IMG/VR virus record: IMGVR_UViG_3300014204_000185
Location: 2,896-66,895 of that record
From: a virus
Lineage: Duplodnaviria; Caudoviricetes
DNA length: 64,000 nucleotides
Strand: one strand, 5' to 3'
This document shows positions 38,407 through 47,218 of the stretch, piece after piece; within the stretch, counting starts at the first letter, position 1, and the number at the start of each line of letters is the position of its first letter. A program made the position numbers and the translations under genes. Under the pieces are notes generated by a model. It did not search any database. It was given only the letters and a program-made list of their open reading frames with translations, and had not been told where the DNA came from.

Positions 38407-38454
38407 ACTAACCTCGTGCCGGTTTTCTCAAGGCGGATTCCCGGCGTCCTGAGT

Positions 38455-38808
38455 TCATTGTTTTCGTCCTTCTGATTCCACAATCATTGATTCGATGATA
38501 TTTGCCCCAAAATAGTGCGTCCCGGCGTCAAGCATTCTGTCTTGAACGGCAAGGAACGGCAATCGCTGTTCAATGTATTCCTTTGATTTTCCAGACGCAC
38601 TCATCCCATTCGTAAATCCTCTTGCGTAGGCTATCGCTTCCGACTCGTTTATTTCGGGGAATTGATCGGAAATTAGTTTTCTACCCATCTTCATGTGATC
38701 GTTTCCGCATTCTCGTTTCAACTTGTCATACCAAAATTCTTTTGTTTGCTTCACAATCACTCCTTCCTTTTCTTCCCCCACGCGGGACACTCCTTCCTTT
38801 TCTCGCAC
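38455..38808 (-). CDS. hypothetical protein
   Basis: ORF in - run; start uncertain. Confidence 0.45.
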   Translation of the reverse strand: MREKEGVSRVGEEKEGVIVKQTKEFWYDKLKRECGNDHMKMGRKLISDQFPEINESEAIAYARGFTNGMSASGKSKEYIEQRLPFLAVQDRMLDAGTHYFGANIIESMIVESEGRKQ

Positions 38809-38884
38809 CTATCGCACACCCTCTTGAACATGAAGCATGGTGTTGACCTCAGAGGGCAGGGGTTCTTGCAGGTGCGCTCGTCTT

Positions 38885-39733
38885 TCATTTCCATGCCGGA
38901 CATTTTGTTCCGTCTATTTCTTTCTTTGTGCATTCGTCACATTCTTTAGATGGTATCAATGCTTCCTTTTCGGGGCAGGCGATAAGGTCATCCGGCGGGT
39001 TGTCATCTTTCTGCTTCATCCCAAACCGTCCCATAATCTCTTTTGCCTTTCGTTCATCTTTGAGCATCAATCCCTCGTGTTCGTTGATAACGGACACGGC
39101 ATTTGACATACGCTCAGTCTGCGGGAGCAACTTATAGAGAAGTTTCACGGCAGTCTTTTTGCACATTTCGTCTTCGTGCTCTTTCCATACCGTGTCATAT
39201 TGGCTCGACTTCCTTGCACGGTCAAGTTTTTCACGGTCAAGAACGATGAATTTCTTTATTCCGTGATGAAGTGTAGCCACTGCGTATGCGGCAATGATTT
39301 TACCCTTGTCTTTTGCCGTGTCTCCCATTTTAGGAACGTGACGAAGAACTGGATTCAACCCCATTTCGTAATAGAAGTCGTCTCCCTCAAAAACAGCCGA
39401 TGCGTCAATGTCATAAACCGAATCCGAATCAACGGCGATCTTGCATAGGCCGCGATAGGAAAAATCAAGACAACATTTTCCCTTACGCGGGACAAGGAAT
39501 GCCTGTTGAAGTGCCGGATTAAGAGTTGCCCCTGTCAATGCGATGTTGACAACTGCATTCTTGATGCTGTCGGGATTGCAATTTTGCAGCTTATCGTTGC
39601 CACGGATTGCCTGCAATGCAAAAACGATTTCCTTATTCCAGGTCTTTTCGTCGGCCACTTGGATGAAGGCGTCTTTCGCCTGCACAGCCATAATCTCAAA
39701 TCGTGGACGTTGTTCTTTCTTTTCTTCTGCCAT
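38885..39733 (-). CDS. recT: RecT-family single-strand annealing protein
   Basis: LNPALQQAFLVP, SYRGLCKIA, IIAAYAVA, W..H.DEMCKKTAVK.L.KLLP. Confidence 0.88.
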   Translation of the reverse strand: MAEEKKEQRPRFEIMAVQAKDAFIQVADEKTWNKEIVFALQAIRGNDKLQNCNPDSIKNAVVNIALTGATLNPALQQAFLVPRKGKCCLDFSYRGLCKIAVDSDSVYDIDASAVFEGDDFYYEMGLNPVLRHVPKMGDTAKDKGKIIAAYAVATLHHGIKKFIVLDREKLDRARKSSQYDTVWKEHEDEMCKKTAVKLLYKLLPQTERMSNAVSVINEHEGLMLKDERKAKEIMGRFGMKQKDDNPPDDLIACPEKEALIPSKECDECTKKEIDGTKCPAWK

Positions 39734-40542
39734 TATAGCTCTCCTCCGGCGTAGTTCGGGAGATACAATGTCCGCATCTCCTCATACTTGTAGTTCGGCC
39801 AAAAATTATTCTTCCGGCACTCGGCCTCAATCGCAATCAGCCTATGAAATTCCTTTTGTCCGTATTCGATAAACAAGTCCTCCATCGTGAATACCTCTAC
39901 CCGATACGGCGGGTCTTTCTCTTGACAGATGAAAACAAAGGCATCAACTTTCACGGAGGATACCGCATTGAACCCCTCGATATACATTCCGGCTTCTCTT
40001 GCGTATCCGTAAGACATACAGGCCGAAGTGAAGGCGTGAATTTCTGCACTCCGAACCGATTTCAAATCAAGAATAACGCCGTGATCGCCGTCCGGTATCC
40101 GATCCGGTCGGCACTTGCAAGGAAGGCCGGTTTCTTCATCCGTCCAGAATACGGACATTTCAGATCGACCTTCGATAAGCAATGATGATGCAATGGGGTG
40201 AACCAACAATGAACCATACATGGCTTCGATTGCATCCATGTCGGATTGATCTATGACCGTTTTCCCCGCTAATTCCTCACAAAACATGGCATAGGCGGCT
40301 TTTCCTTCTTTGGTGCGCTTGTCCATAGCCGGGGCAACGGCGAAGTCCCTACCGAAAGATTCTGATCCGTCAAGAACGAAAGAGTGATAAGCTCTTCCAA
40401 AAGTCAATGCCGCCGTTTCTCCCATCGGAACTTTTGCCGCTGCTGGACATTTATCAAGGCGTCCGAGATAGGAATTTGAAACGATCTCTGTCATGGCGTG
40501 ATATTCGGCGTGGGGGATATTGGGATAAATTCCTTTCTCCAT
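39733..40542 (-). CDS. RecE/exonuclease VIII-like PD-(D/E)XK nuclease (DUF3799-like)
   Basis: YHA....SNS.L, FGRAYH, E.S.FW.DEETG.PCKCRPD, DLKS. Confidence 0.85.
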   Translation of the reverse strand: MEKGIYPNIPHAEYHAMTEIVSNSYLGRLDKCPAAAKVPMGETAALTFGRAYHSFVLDGSESFGRDFAVAPAMDKRTKEGKAAYAMFCEELAGKTVIDQSDMDAIEAMYGSLLVHPIASSLLIEGRSEMSVFWTDEETGLPCKCRPDRIPDGDHGVILDLKSVRSAEIHAFTSACMSYGYAREAGMYIEGFNAVSSVKVDAFVFICQEKDPPYRVEVFTMEDLFIEYGQKEFHRLIAIEAECRKNNFWPNYKYEEMRTLYLPNYAGGEL

Positions 40543-41879
40543 TATTTTGCCTCTCCGTTCTCGACCACAAACACCCCGACTTCCGGCGGTGCCGTCGCTG
40601 GCCGCTCACCAACAATGGTTGCCAAAATCGTCTTGTCTTCCCGTTTCGCCTTTTCAACAAATTCAAGGATGTTCTTTCCGATAGCAAAACCGAGACTTTC
40701 AGCGCGGTCGATCAAGTCAAGTCCGAATCCGGCGGGATACAGGGCCGATAGCTCCTGAGACAATGACATGAGTTGTGAGGTTGACAGCATTGCGGCAGTG
40801 GTTCCATCATAAGTGAACGATCCGTCTTCGTTAAAGACCAGCCCCTTGATTCCACTTTTCTGACTTGTTTCTGCCAACAAGGAAACCTTTTTCTTTTTCA
40901 GGTCGCGTTGGGTAGCTTCGTTGGCCGTCAATTTTTCCTCTTTGAGCCTCTTTTCCAATGCCCGCTTCACGTTCTTTTCGTATTGTTCAACCCGCACTGC
41001 AACGGCGGCAGCTTCGGAAATTTGAGCATCGAGCACGGAGACATCCGGAGGGGATGGTCTGGATGCAATAGTCGCGGCGGGATTGTCATTAAGCCACTGA
41101 TTGATGTTGATTTTATCCAGAGAAAGCTCGTTCTTCTTGTCGTTCAGCCGTTTTGTTACTTCGGCAAGTTCGTCCTCGATTTGCCGGATTTCTTGTGTGA
41201 TTGTGTCCCTACGTTCTGTTTTTCTTTCTCGTAAATCATTCAGAGAGCGCAACGATTCGCTCCGCTTGTCAACTTCACTGACGGCGACGGTGTGTTCATC
41301 CAGGATACGCTCACGCTCCTTTTTCAGTTCCGTGACATCAACGGGATTTACCGGCGTAGTGTCAATCTCTCCGTAGGACTTAATCTCGATACGCAGCGTC
41401 TTTGCTTCTTCAGCCGACGCATTGATTTCTTTGTCGATTGCCGACGTATCGACTCCGAACAGTCCGACAAAATACGCCTTCCGTTCCGTTTCGCCCATCT
41501 TCTTTAGGAAGTCTGAGTCGAGAAGATAGGGATTGAGAAACTTCTTGATTTCGTTGTCGGGCTTCGATACTGGCTTTCCCGAACGAATAAAAGATACCGG
41601 GCGAACGGTAGTCACGCCCTCCCTGTTGATGTACCATGACCGGAAAATTGATCCGGGTCCGGATTCTTCCTGAAACTCGAATAGGACGGATGCCTCCGTC
41701 TCGCCATGCCTGATAATATCTGCCGGATAAGTTCCACCGAGACACCACTTGAAGGCGTTCAAAATGGTCGTCTTCCCCTGCATCAAATCCCCATAGAACA
41801 GGACCAGTGGCTTATCCAGATCAATCGCCATGTTTCCGATGATACCAATGTTGTTAATCGTCAACCGTATAGCTTTCAT
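40542..41879 (-). CDS. SMC/SbcC-like P-loop ATPase with coiled coil
   Basis: Walker A GDLMQGKTT; central coiled coil; LSTSQ signature-like; LIDRAESL Walker B. Confidence 0.8.
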   Translation of the reverse strand: MKAIRLTINNIGIIGNMAIDLDKPLVLFYGDLMQGKTTILNAFKWCLGGTYPADIIRHGETEASVLFEFQEESGPGSIFRSWYINREGVTTVRPVSFIRSGKPVSKPDNEIKKFLNPYLLDSDFLKKMGETERKAYFVGLFGVDTSAIDKEINASAEEAKTLRIEIKSYGEIDTTPVNPVDVTELKKERERILDEHTVAVSEVDKRSESLRSLNDLRERKTERRDTITQEIRQIEDELAEVTKRLNDKKNELSLDKININQWLNDNPAATIASRPSPPDVSVLDAQISEAAAVAVRVEQYEKNVKRALEKRLKEEKLTANEATQRDLKKKKVSLLAETSQKSGIKGLVFNEDGSFTYDGTTAAMLSTSQLMSLSQELSALYPAGFGLDLIDRAESLGFAIGKNILEFVEKAKREDKTILATIVGERPATAPPEVGVFVVENGEAK

Positions 41880-42079
41880 ACCGCCATCCTTTCTTCAACC
41901 ACATTCAATAGGTCGTCAACGTGGGGCTCAACTTCAATTCCGCTTCCGCATTTGGGGCAGTAGAACAGAAAGTCCCGCTCAACGCAGTCCATCAGATTCC
42001 CTTTCCACCCGCATTCCCCGTACTCGTTAAGGCATTTCATTTTGTGCGTCCTCCTTTCCCTTGTCGTATCCGGCATCAT
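41876..42079 (-). CDS. small zinc-ribbon protein
   Basis: C..ECGW...CPKCG. Confidence 0.5.
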   Translation of the reverse strand: MMPDTTRERRTHKMKCLNEYGECGWKGNLMDCVERDFLFYCPKCGSGIEVEPHVDDLLNVVEERMAV

Positions 42080-42267
42080 AGAAGTTATCGAGGCATTTCT
42101 CGCAGGGTTCTACGGAAAGGCTTCGTCCCTTTCCACGGAATAGTCTTGTGTGCTGCAATTATTGCACAGGGCCGCCCCACACTTGGAGCAATAGACATCA
42201 AAGACAACCTCTACGTTAAATTCCGGCATGATTTATCCCTCCGTTCTTGCAGAATGGCGTCCGCGCG

Positions 42268-42519
42268 CTAAAAAGGAATTTCCTTGTCTTTTGCATATTC
42301 AAGGGCAGTCTCAAGTAGCGATACGGTTCGTTCCTTTTCCATCGTTTTTTCCTTCACGAGACCCTCTTTGTTCTCGATGGCGGAAAGCATGTTTCTCAGT
42401 TCCGTATCCAGCCGAACCGCGCAATAAACGGGACTTTCTACTTCGGATATGGTGGCCGTGGCCGATATGTTATCGTAATTCGATCCGGATATTTTTCTCG
42501 TGATGGATGTAATAATCAT
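42268..42519 (-). CDS. hypothetical protein
   Basis: RBS; ITRKIS..NYDNISATA. Confidence 0.55.
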   Translation of the reverse strand: MIITSITRKISGSNYDNISATATISEVESPVYCAVRLDTELRNMLSAIENKEGLVKEKTMEKERTVSLLETALEYAKDKEIPF

Positions 42520-42679
42520 CTTATCCCCCTTTCGATTCTCTCGTCGTGAATAAAGTCCGCACGTTCAGCGTCGATTGCATCCCTATTCGCCGCATCCGAT
42601 ATGCGCTCGTCGTCCTCAGTATCGAGGTAATCCGGTGCGTCGTATCGGTGATGATCTGCAAAGTGCCGTGTGGTGTCGA

Positions 42680-42994
42680 TCAATGGTCATTGGCCTCAGC
42701 GTAAAGTCTTTTCCTTTCTTCTTCGGGAATTGGCTTTTCGTCTCCACACACTTCACATCTGTCTCTTGCGGCCCATCTCGGTGCCGTGATTGTTCGCTTG
42801 TAAATATGTTCGCCACCATTTAAGCAGTCGGCCCTTTCAGCGTCGTAATTGAATGATATAGAAGTTGTGAAGATGAATACTTTTCCGCAAGACGAACATT
42901 CCTGTTGGTATATTTCGCCTTCGGTATATCCATACCCATCATCGTGGCATATTTCCTGTTCCGCTTCGCAATAAGGACACTCAACGTCACTCAT
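42680..42994 (-). CDS. multi-CxxC hypothetical protein
   Basis: CPYC, CSSC, CEVC. Confidence 0.6.
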   Translation of the reverse strand: MSDVECPYCEAEQEICHDDGYGYTEGEIYQQECSSCGKVFIFTTSISFNYDAERADCLNGGEHIYKRTITAPRWAARDRCEVCGDEKPIPEEERKRLYAEANDH

Positions 42995-43598
42995 AATGCA
43001 CCCTCAAGGCAGGGAGCGGCCATGTATCGGGCGACCGCTCGTTTGGACTGGCCCTCAGTCCGGCGGGTCATTGCTCCGTTACGGCCTCTTTCGGCTTCTG
43101 GTTCGGGTCAAAGTGAAGATGCACAACCCCCTTCTCTATCCCATCCAGATACTCCCTGTGCTTGTTAATGAGCCGAGTTACCTCTTTGTGAAACGGCAGG
43201 ACTGACTTTTTGACGATGACACAATTGCGAACAGTAATTAAACAAACCACCAGCAACACTAAAATTGCGTATCCGAACATGGCTATTTCTCCAATCGCAT
43301 TGTTGTTATGATTAACAAAAGTTGTAACGAAACACCGATCCAGAAGTTGAACGTGGGAAACGGAGCCCCGGCAAAGGAAAGAAACACACCCCACAGCGCA
43401 CACACTAAAAGGTATAAAATATAACTGGTCATTCCTTCCCCTCCCCCCACACAACCGTACTATGGTTCACAATCCTTACCCTCTTACCGATGGACTTCTG
43501 ATACTCCGCGTTAGGTAACGCATTCTCAATGTTCGTATGCCGGGAATTGACTATAAAGCCCTCCGATTCTGCATCAAATATCTCTACACGGAATTTTT

Positions 43599-44666
43599 TC
43601 ATCCGATTTCCTTTCCGTGCTTGTCGCACTCATACAAAACTCGCCCCTCCCGGAAGGCGATTTTATGGGGATATTGCGGGTTGTCCCATTCGTATAGATC
43701 GACCACCCTGGTCTTGATCGCAACATATCTATCGCCCTTGTTCGATCTAAATTCATCGCAGAAATACGGGCGCGAACAGGCGTGAAACTTTCCCTCGCCA
43801 CACTCAGCGTTTCCCGGATTCCATGCCGGATGTGTGACTTTTGTTCCGATAGCCCACAGTGTTTCGTTTTTCGTTCCTTCTTGCGTTTTGAAATCGTGCG
43901 ATGTTTTTTTATAGAGGACGACGAATCCTTGCTTTTGCGGAACGCCTTCGCGCTCAAGGTATGGTTGTGGTTTTATGTTTTGGACATAGCAAGTTTTTTC
44001 TTTCTTGAATTTGAACTTCAGGTCGATGGGCTTGAAAAGAACAGAAAACCCGAATAGCGAAAGAGATTTGATGTCCGAGAATATCCTTACGGACACCGCC
44101 CCCCTCGCCTCGACAGAGGAATTTCCCCTCGCCTCGACAGAGGAATTTTCCATCGCCTCGACAGAGGAATTTCCCCACGCCACGACAGAGGAATTTTCCC
44201 TCGCCACGACAGAGGAATTTTCCCACGCCACGACAGATGAATTTTCCCACGCCACGACAGAGGAATTTTCCCACGCCACGACAGAGGAATTTTCCCACGC
44301 CACGACAGAGGAGTTTTCCCACGCCACGACAGAGGAGTTCCCCCTCGCCTCGACAGAGGAATTTCCCCTCGCCTCGACAGAGGAATTTTCCATCGCCTCG
44401 ACAGAGGAATTTCCCCACGCCACGACAGAGGAATTTCCCCTCGCCACGACAGAGGAATTTTCCCACGCCACGACAGAGGAATTTCCCCTCGCCACGACAG
44501 AGGAATTTTCCCACGCCTCGACAGAGGAATTTCCCCACGCCACGACGCGATACTTATAGCGCAACCTTACGGCTATTCCGATTCCACAGATTTTAATGAT
44601 TCCATCGAAATCTGCCTTGATTGCATCGATGTCGTTTTGTGTTTTTACGATTATTTCTTTCATCAA
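43599..44666 (-). CDS. octapeptide-repeat protein with conserved C-terminal domain
   Basis: about 18 units A[W/R/M][G/E]NSSV[V/E]; C-terminal CGEGKFHAC...KIAF. Confidence 0.8.
   Translation of the reverse strand: MMKEIIVKTQNDIDAIKADFDGIIKICGIGIAVRLRYKYRVVAWGNSSVEAWENSSVVARGNSSVVAWENSSVVARGNSSVVAWGNSSVEAMENSSVEARGNSSVEARGNSSVVAWENSSVVAWENSSVVAWENSSVVAWENSSVVAWENSSVVARENSSVVAWGNSSVEAMENSSVEARGNSSVEARGAVSVRIFSDIKSLSLFGFSVLFKPIDLKFKFKKEKTCYVQNIKPQPYLEREGVPQKQGFVVLYKKTSHDFKTQEGTKNETLWAIGTKVTHPAWNPGNAECGEGKFHACSRPYFCDEFRSNKGDRYVAIKTRVVDLYEWDNPQYPHKIAFREGRVLYECDKHGKEIG
44100..44547 (-). repeat. 24-bp tandem repeat, about 18 copies
   Basis: unit like GCCACGACAGAGGAATTTTCCCAC on + strand. Confidence 0.95.
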
Positions 44667-44939
44667 TCCCCTCCCGGTTCAACAAACTGTCTTTCGTGCC
44701 ACCTTGGAATAAACGCTTTGATAATTGCCAATGCCGCAGCAACAATTAAAATGATGTCCAGAATGATTCCCTCTGCGATGAGGATGCCTTGTATGATTTC
44801 GGTCATCCCAAAATCCCCCTCACCCACGCATTAAGCTCAACGAGGTAGTAAATCTCGAACGCAAGCGCGGCCAGAACCAGCCAGCATCCGACCGTCTTGA
44901 CCGTCTCCCACTTATCCGGCTCGATGTATGATGGTAGGT

Positions 44940-45158
44940 TCATGCTCGGATGCCTTCTTCGTATTTAATGGGATTACGAAAGCAGGGTGATCCACCGTTG
45001 GCAATCAGGTTCTTTGTCGCTTCAACCGTCCGGGGATTCTGTGTGAATCCGATCTCACAAAACGGTCCCTTGTTAGTTGTGGTGGGATTGGTTCTGAATT
45101 TACATTTCGTACAATTAAATGAGTGCATTGCGCGATTAAGTTCTTCGATGGTTTTCAT
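44940..45158 (-). CDS. small Cys-containing hypothetical protein
   Basis: AAAGGAGG RBS; CTKC. Confidence 0.55.
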   Translation of the reverse strand: MKTIEELNRAMHSFNCTKCKFRTNPTTTNKGPFCEIGFTQNPRTVEATKNLIANGGSPCFRNPIKYEEGIRA

Positions 45159-45315
45159 AACCCCTCCTTTAACATCGGGGGTGGCTACTACCACCCCCAT
45201 ACACAGACACTATTTCCGCCGCTCTTTACGGGAGCATGACCGTGACAATGTAATGTTCTTAACGATACCAAGGATAACTTCTCATTGCTTGCCGATGAAC
45301 CTCCTTTCGTTAGAT

Positions 45316-45657
45316 GTTGTCCGGCAGTTCAGGTCGCTCAGGTGCATGATCTCGCCCGACCCCGTTTAGGGGATTTATGGATTAGCAATCTGGCCTTCTC
45401 ATTCCCGATCTCGCCCATGCTACGCCTTAGTGACGCCTGCCCTCAATGCCGCCGGACAACTTTGGTGGCGGGGAATTGGATATTCAACGGTGATCCGAGG
45501 ATCGCGGATCTGCTTTGCTGACTTTCTCTAGTCGTCAGGTTTCCAAACCACCCGCCATTTTGAGTGGCATGGATACCGGGTTACGCAAATTCCCGGCGCG
45601 GTGTTTATCTCTGACAATACAGAGTTCTCTCTCCGAGGCGATTTCGTTTCCATGCCA
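45316..45657 (-). ncRNA. three consecutive stem-closed structured RNA domains (candidate small-RNA array)
   Basis: closing stems TGGCATGGA/TCCATGCCA, GGCGGG/CCCGCC followed by ACCA, GTTGTCCGGC/GCCGGACAAC; internal hairpins; no convincing ORF. Confidence 0.6.
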
Positions 45658-45661
45658 TTTA

Positions 45662-45755
45662 CGGTGCTGGTGCCGGGATTCGATACCCGGACGGCCGCCA
45701 GAGTCTGAATCACAAGCGCGGCCCCTCTGCGTCTTTACTCTTCCGCCACACCAGC
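45662..45755 (-). ncRNA. tRNA-like element with non-canonical anticodon region
   Basis: acceptor GCTGGTG/CACCAGC+A; D-arm GCG..CGC; T-arm CCGGG-TATCGAAT-CCCGG; no 7-nt anticodon loop; ends ACCG. Confidence 0.65.
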
Positions 45756-45776
45756 TTTTTTAAAGAACCATCTTAA

Positions 45777-45956
45777 CTAATACCGCATCCTGCACGGAAC
45801 CCCGTTCTCGTAACCGTCACCACCATACATATCAAAGGCGTCTTCGGGGCTAAGTGACTCCACGCTATACCCGCGACTTGATTTTACGTCTTCTGCCCTG
45901 TCCTCTGCAACACCCCTTCGATTATTTCTCTCCATCATCGTGCATACGTCAGTCAT
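45777..45956 (-). CDS. small hypothetical protein, first gene of left early operon
   Basis: 59-aa ORF with GGAGG RBS, read by hand. Confidence 0.45.
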   Translation of the reverse strand: MTDVCTMMERNNRRGVAEDRAEDVKSSRGYSVESLSPEDAFDMYGGDGYENGVPCRMRY

Positions 45957-45995
45957 GGTGGGCCTCCTGTTGTGTTGTGTTTCACTGTTGACTGC

Positions 45996-46024
45996 ATACT
46001 ACGCTCTTTTTAACTTCCTGTCAA
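45996..46024 (-). promoter_or_regulatory. sigma70-type leftward promoter
   Basis: TTGACA-17 bp-TAGTAT. Confidence 0.7.
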
Positions 46025-46079
46025 GAATTATTTTCAGCTCAGGAAAGAAAAGTTTTATAGGGAAGGTTGCATTATGTGC

Positions 46080-46108
46080 TTGACTTTTTTTCTCACTTGT
46101 GAAATACT
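46080..46108 (+). promoter_or_regulatory. candidate rightward promoter
   Basis: TTGACT-17 bp-AATACT. Confidence 0.4.
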
Positions 46109-46116
46109 CCGCAACC

Positions 46117-46314
46117 ATGAAGATAAACATAACGACCCTTGAAAATGACAGAGTGCGTAGGGGAATGAGCAGGGAGGACTATTCAAGAATGATGGGGCTC
46201 CACTTTACTGCCTACGGTAAGATGCTTAAATCGCAATCTACCACAATGAAAAGGATTGGTGCAATGGCGACCATACTCAGAATTAAGGAGAAGAGATTGG
46301 TGGTGTTTGAATGA
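46117..46314 (+). CDS. Cro/XRE-like HTH protein
   Basis: R.RRGMSREDYSRMMGL.FTAY.KM...TTMKRI..MA..L; first gene of divergent operon. Confidence 0.65.
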   Translation: MKINITTLENDRVRRGMSREDYSRMMGLHFTAYGKMLKSQSTTMKRIGAMATILRIKEKRLVVFE

Positions 46315-46760
46315 AGATACCGGATACATTCGCCGATGACGCAAGGGTAATGAGCATCCAACCCCTTGCCCAAAAGTACGACATTGGCTGTATGATGGCG
46401 GGAAGGTGGAGAAAGTCTTTGGGTATAAAACCGCCTGCCATTAATGCCATAAACTACATGCAACTGGACTCGCTGATACGTGACAAGAGGTCAACCCGCG
46501 ACATCATGAAGATCATGGGATGTTCACGATCCCCCATTAACGACCGGAAACGCGCACGGGGTCTGGCCCGGAAGTATAACAAGAAGTCGGACGAAGATGC
46601 CCATGTCGAGAAGCGGGAATGCATGGTAGATCCGAAAGACCGCCTTGAGCAATACATTGAGAAGCGGATGCGGCAGTTCCATATGACGCGGAAAGCGGTG
46701 AACAATTGGTTCAACACGCCAACCGGCCAGAACATACTGAGGGAGTACCCGATACGATGA
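46311..46760 (+). CDS. HTH-containing hypothetical protein
   Basis: STRDIMKIMGCSRSPI. Confidence 0.55.
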   Translation: MKIPDTFADDARVMSIQPLAQKYDIGCMMAGRWRKSLGIKPPAINAINYMQLDSLIRDKRSTRDIMKIMGCSRSPINDRKRARGLARKYNKKSDEDAHVEKRECMVDPKDRLEQYIEKRMRQFHMTRKAVNNWFNTPTGQNILREYPIR

Positions 46761-47218
46761 ATAAACGTGGATATTTTGGCGTAGGCATTTATCACGCCAA
46801 AACAGAGGCGAACATCGGGACGCTGTGGCGTTCTGCTCACAATTTCGGGGCGGCATTTATTTTTACCATCGGGAAACGATACAAAAAACAATCTTCCGAC
46901 ACCACGAAGGCATGGAAGACCGTTCCTCTATTCCACTACGCAACCTTCGGTGAGTTCTATGAAAACATTCCACACGATTGCCGCCTCATTGCGATTGAAC
47001 AAAGCGAGTCCTCTAAAAGCATTTCCTCTTTTCTGCATCCTGAACGGGCGATTTATTTACTTGGAGCCGAAGACCATGGCCTGCCAGGATCAATCCAAGA
47101 CGATTGTCACGCTATTATTCATATCGACACTCCGATGTGCCTAAATGTGGCAACGGCTGGATCAATTATTATGTACGACAGATCAATTAAACGCGGAAGG
47201 GAGTATCCAATACGATGA
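46757..47218 (+). CDS. SpoU/TrmH-family (SPOUT) RNA methyltransferase
   Basis: ANIGTLWRSA, LLGAEDHGL, CLNVATAGSIIMYDR. Confidence 0.88.
   Translation: MNKRGYFGVGIYHAKTEANIGTLWRSAHNFGAAFIFTIGKRYKKQSSDTTKAWKTVPLFHYATFGEFYENIPHDCRLIAIEQSESSKSISSFLHPERAIYLLGAEDHGLPGSIQDDCHAIIHIDTPMCLNVATAGSIIMYDRSIKRGREYPIR

Noticed and set aside
44100-44547. 24-bp repeat as a CRISPR array
   Set aside because: Units are contiguous with no unique spacers, encode an in-frame peptide repeat, and no cas genes are present.
43954-44596. Alternative-frame ORFs across the repeat
   Set aside because: Open only because the 24-bp unit lacks stops in those frames.
45520-45545. Hammerhead core CTGACGA...GAAA
   Set aside because: No stem II, and no UH cleavage triplet before stem I.
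45500-45550. c-di-GMP-I riboswitch resemblance (GGAAAC...GAAA...GCAAAGC on minus strand)
   Set aside because: Lacks the GGGAC segment and P1/P3 pairing I would expect; kept only as part of the unknown RNA array.
45662-45755. attP-type tRNA fragment
   Set aside because: Both 5' and 3' halves are present and no integrase is visible; not excluded if one lies outside the window.
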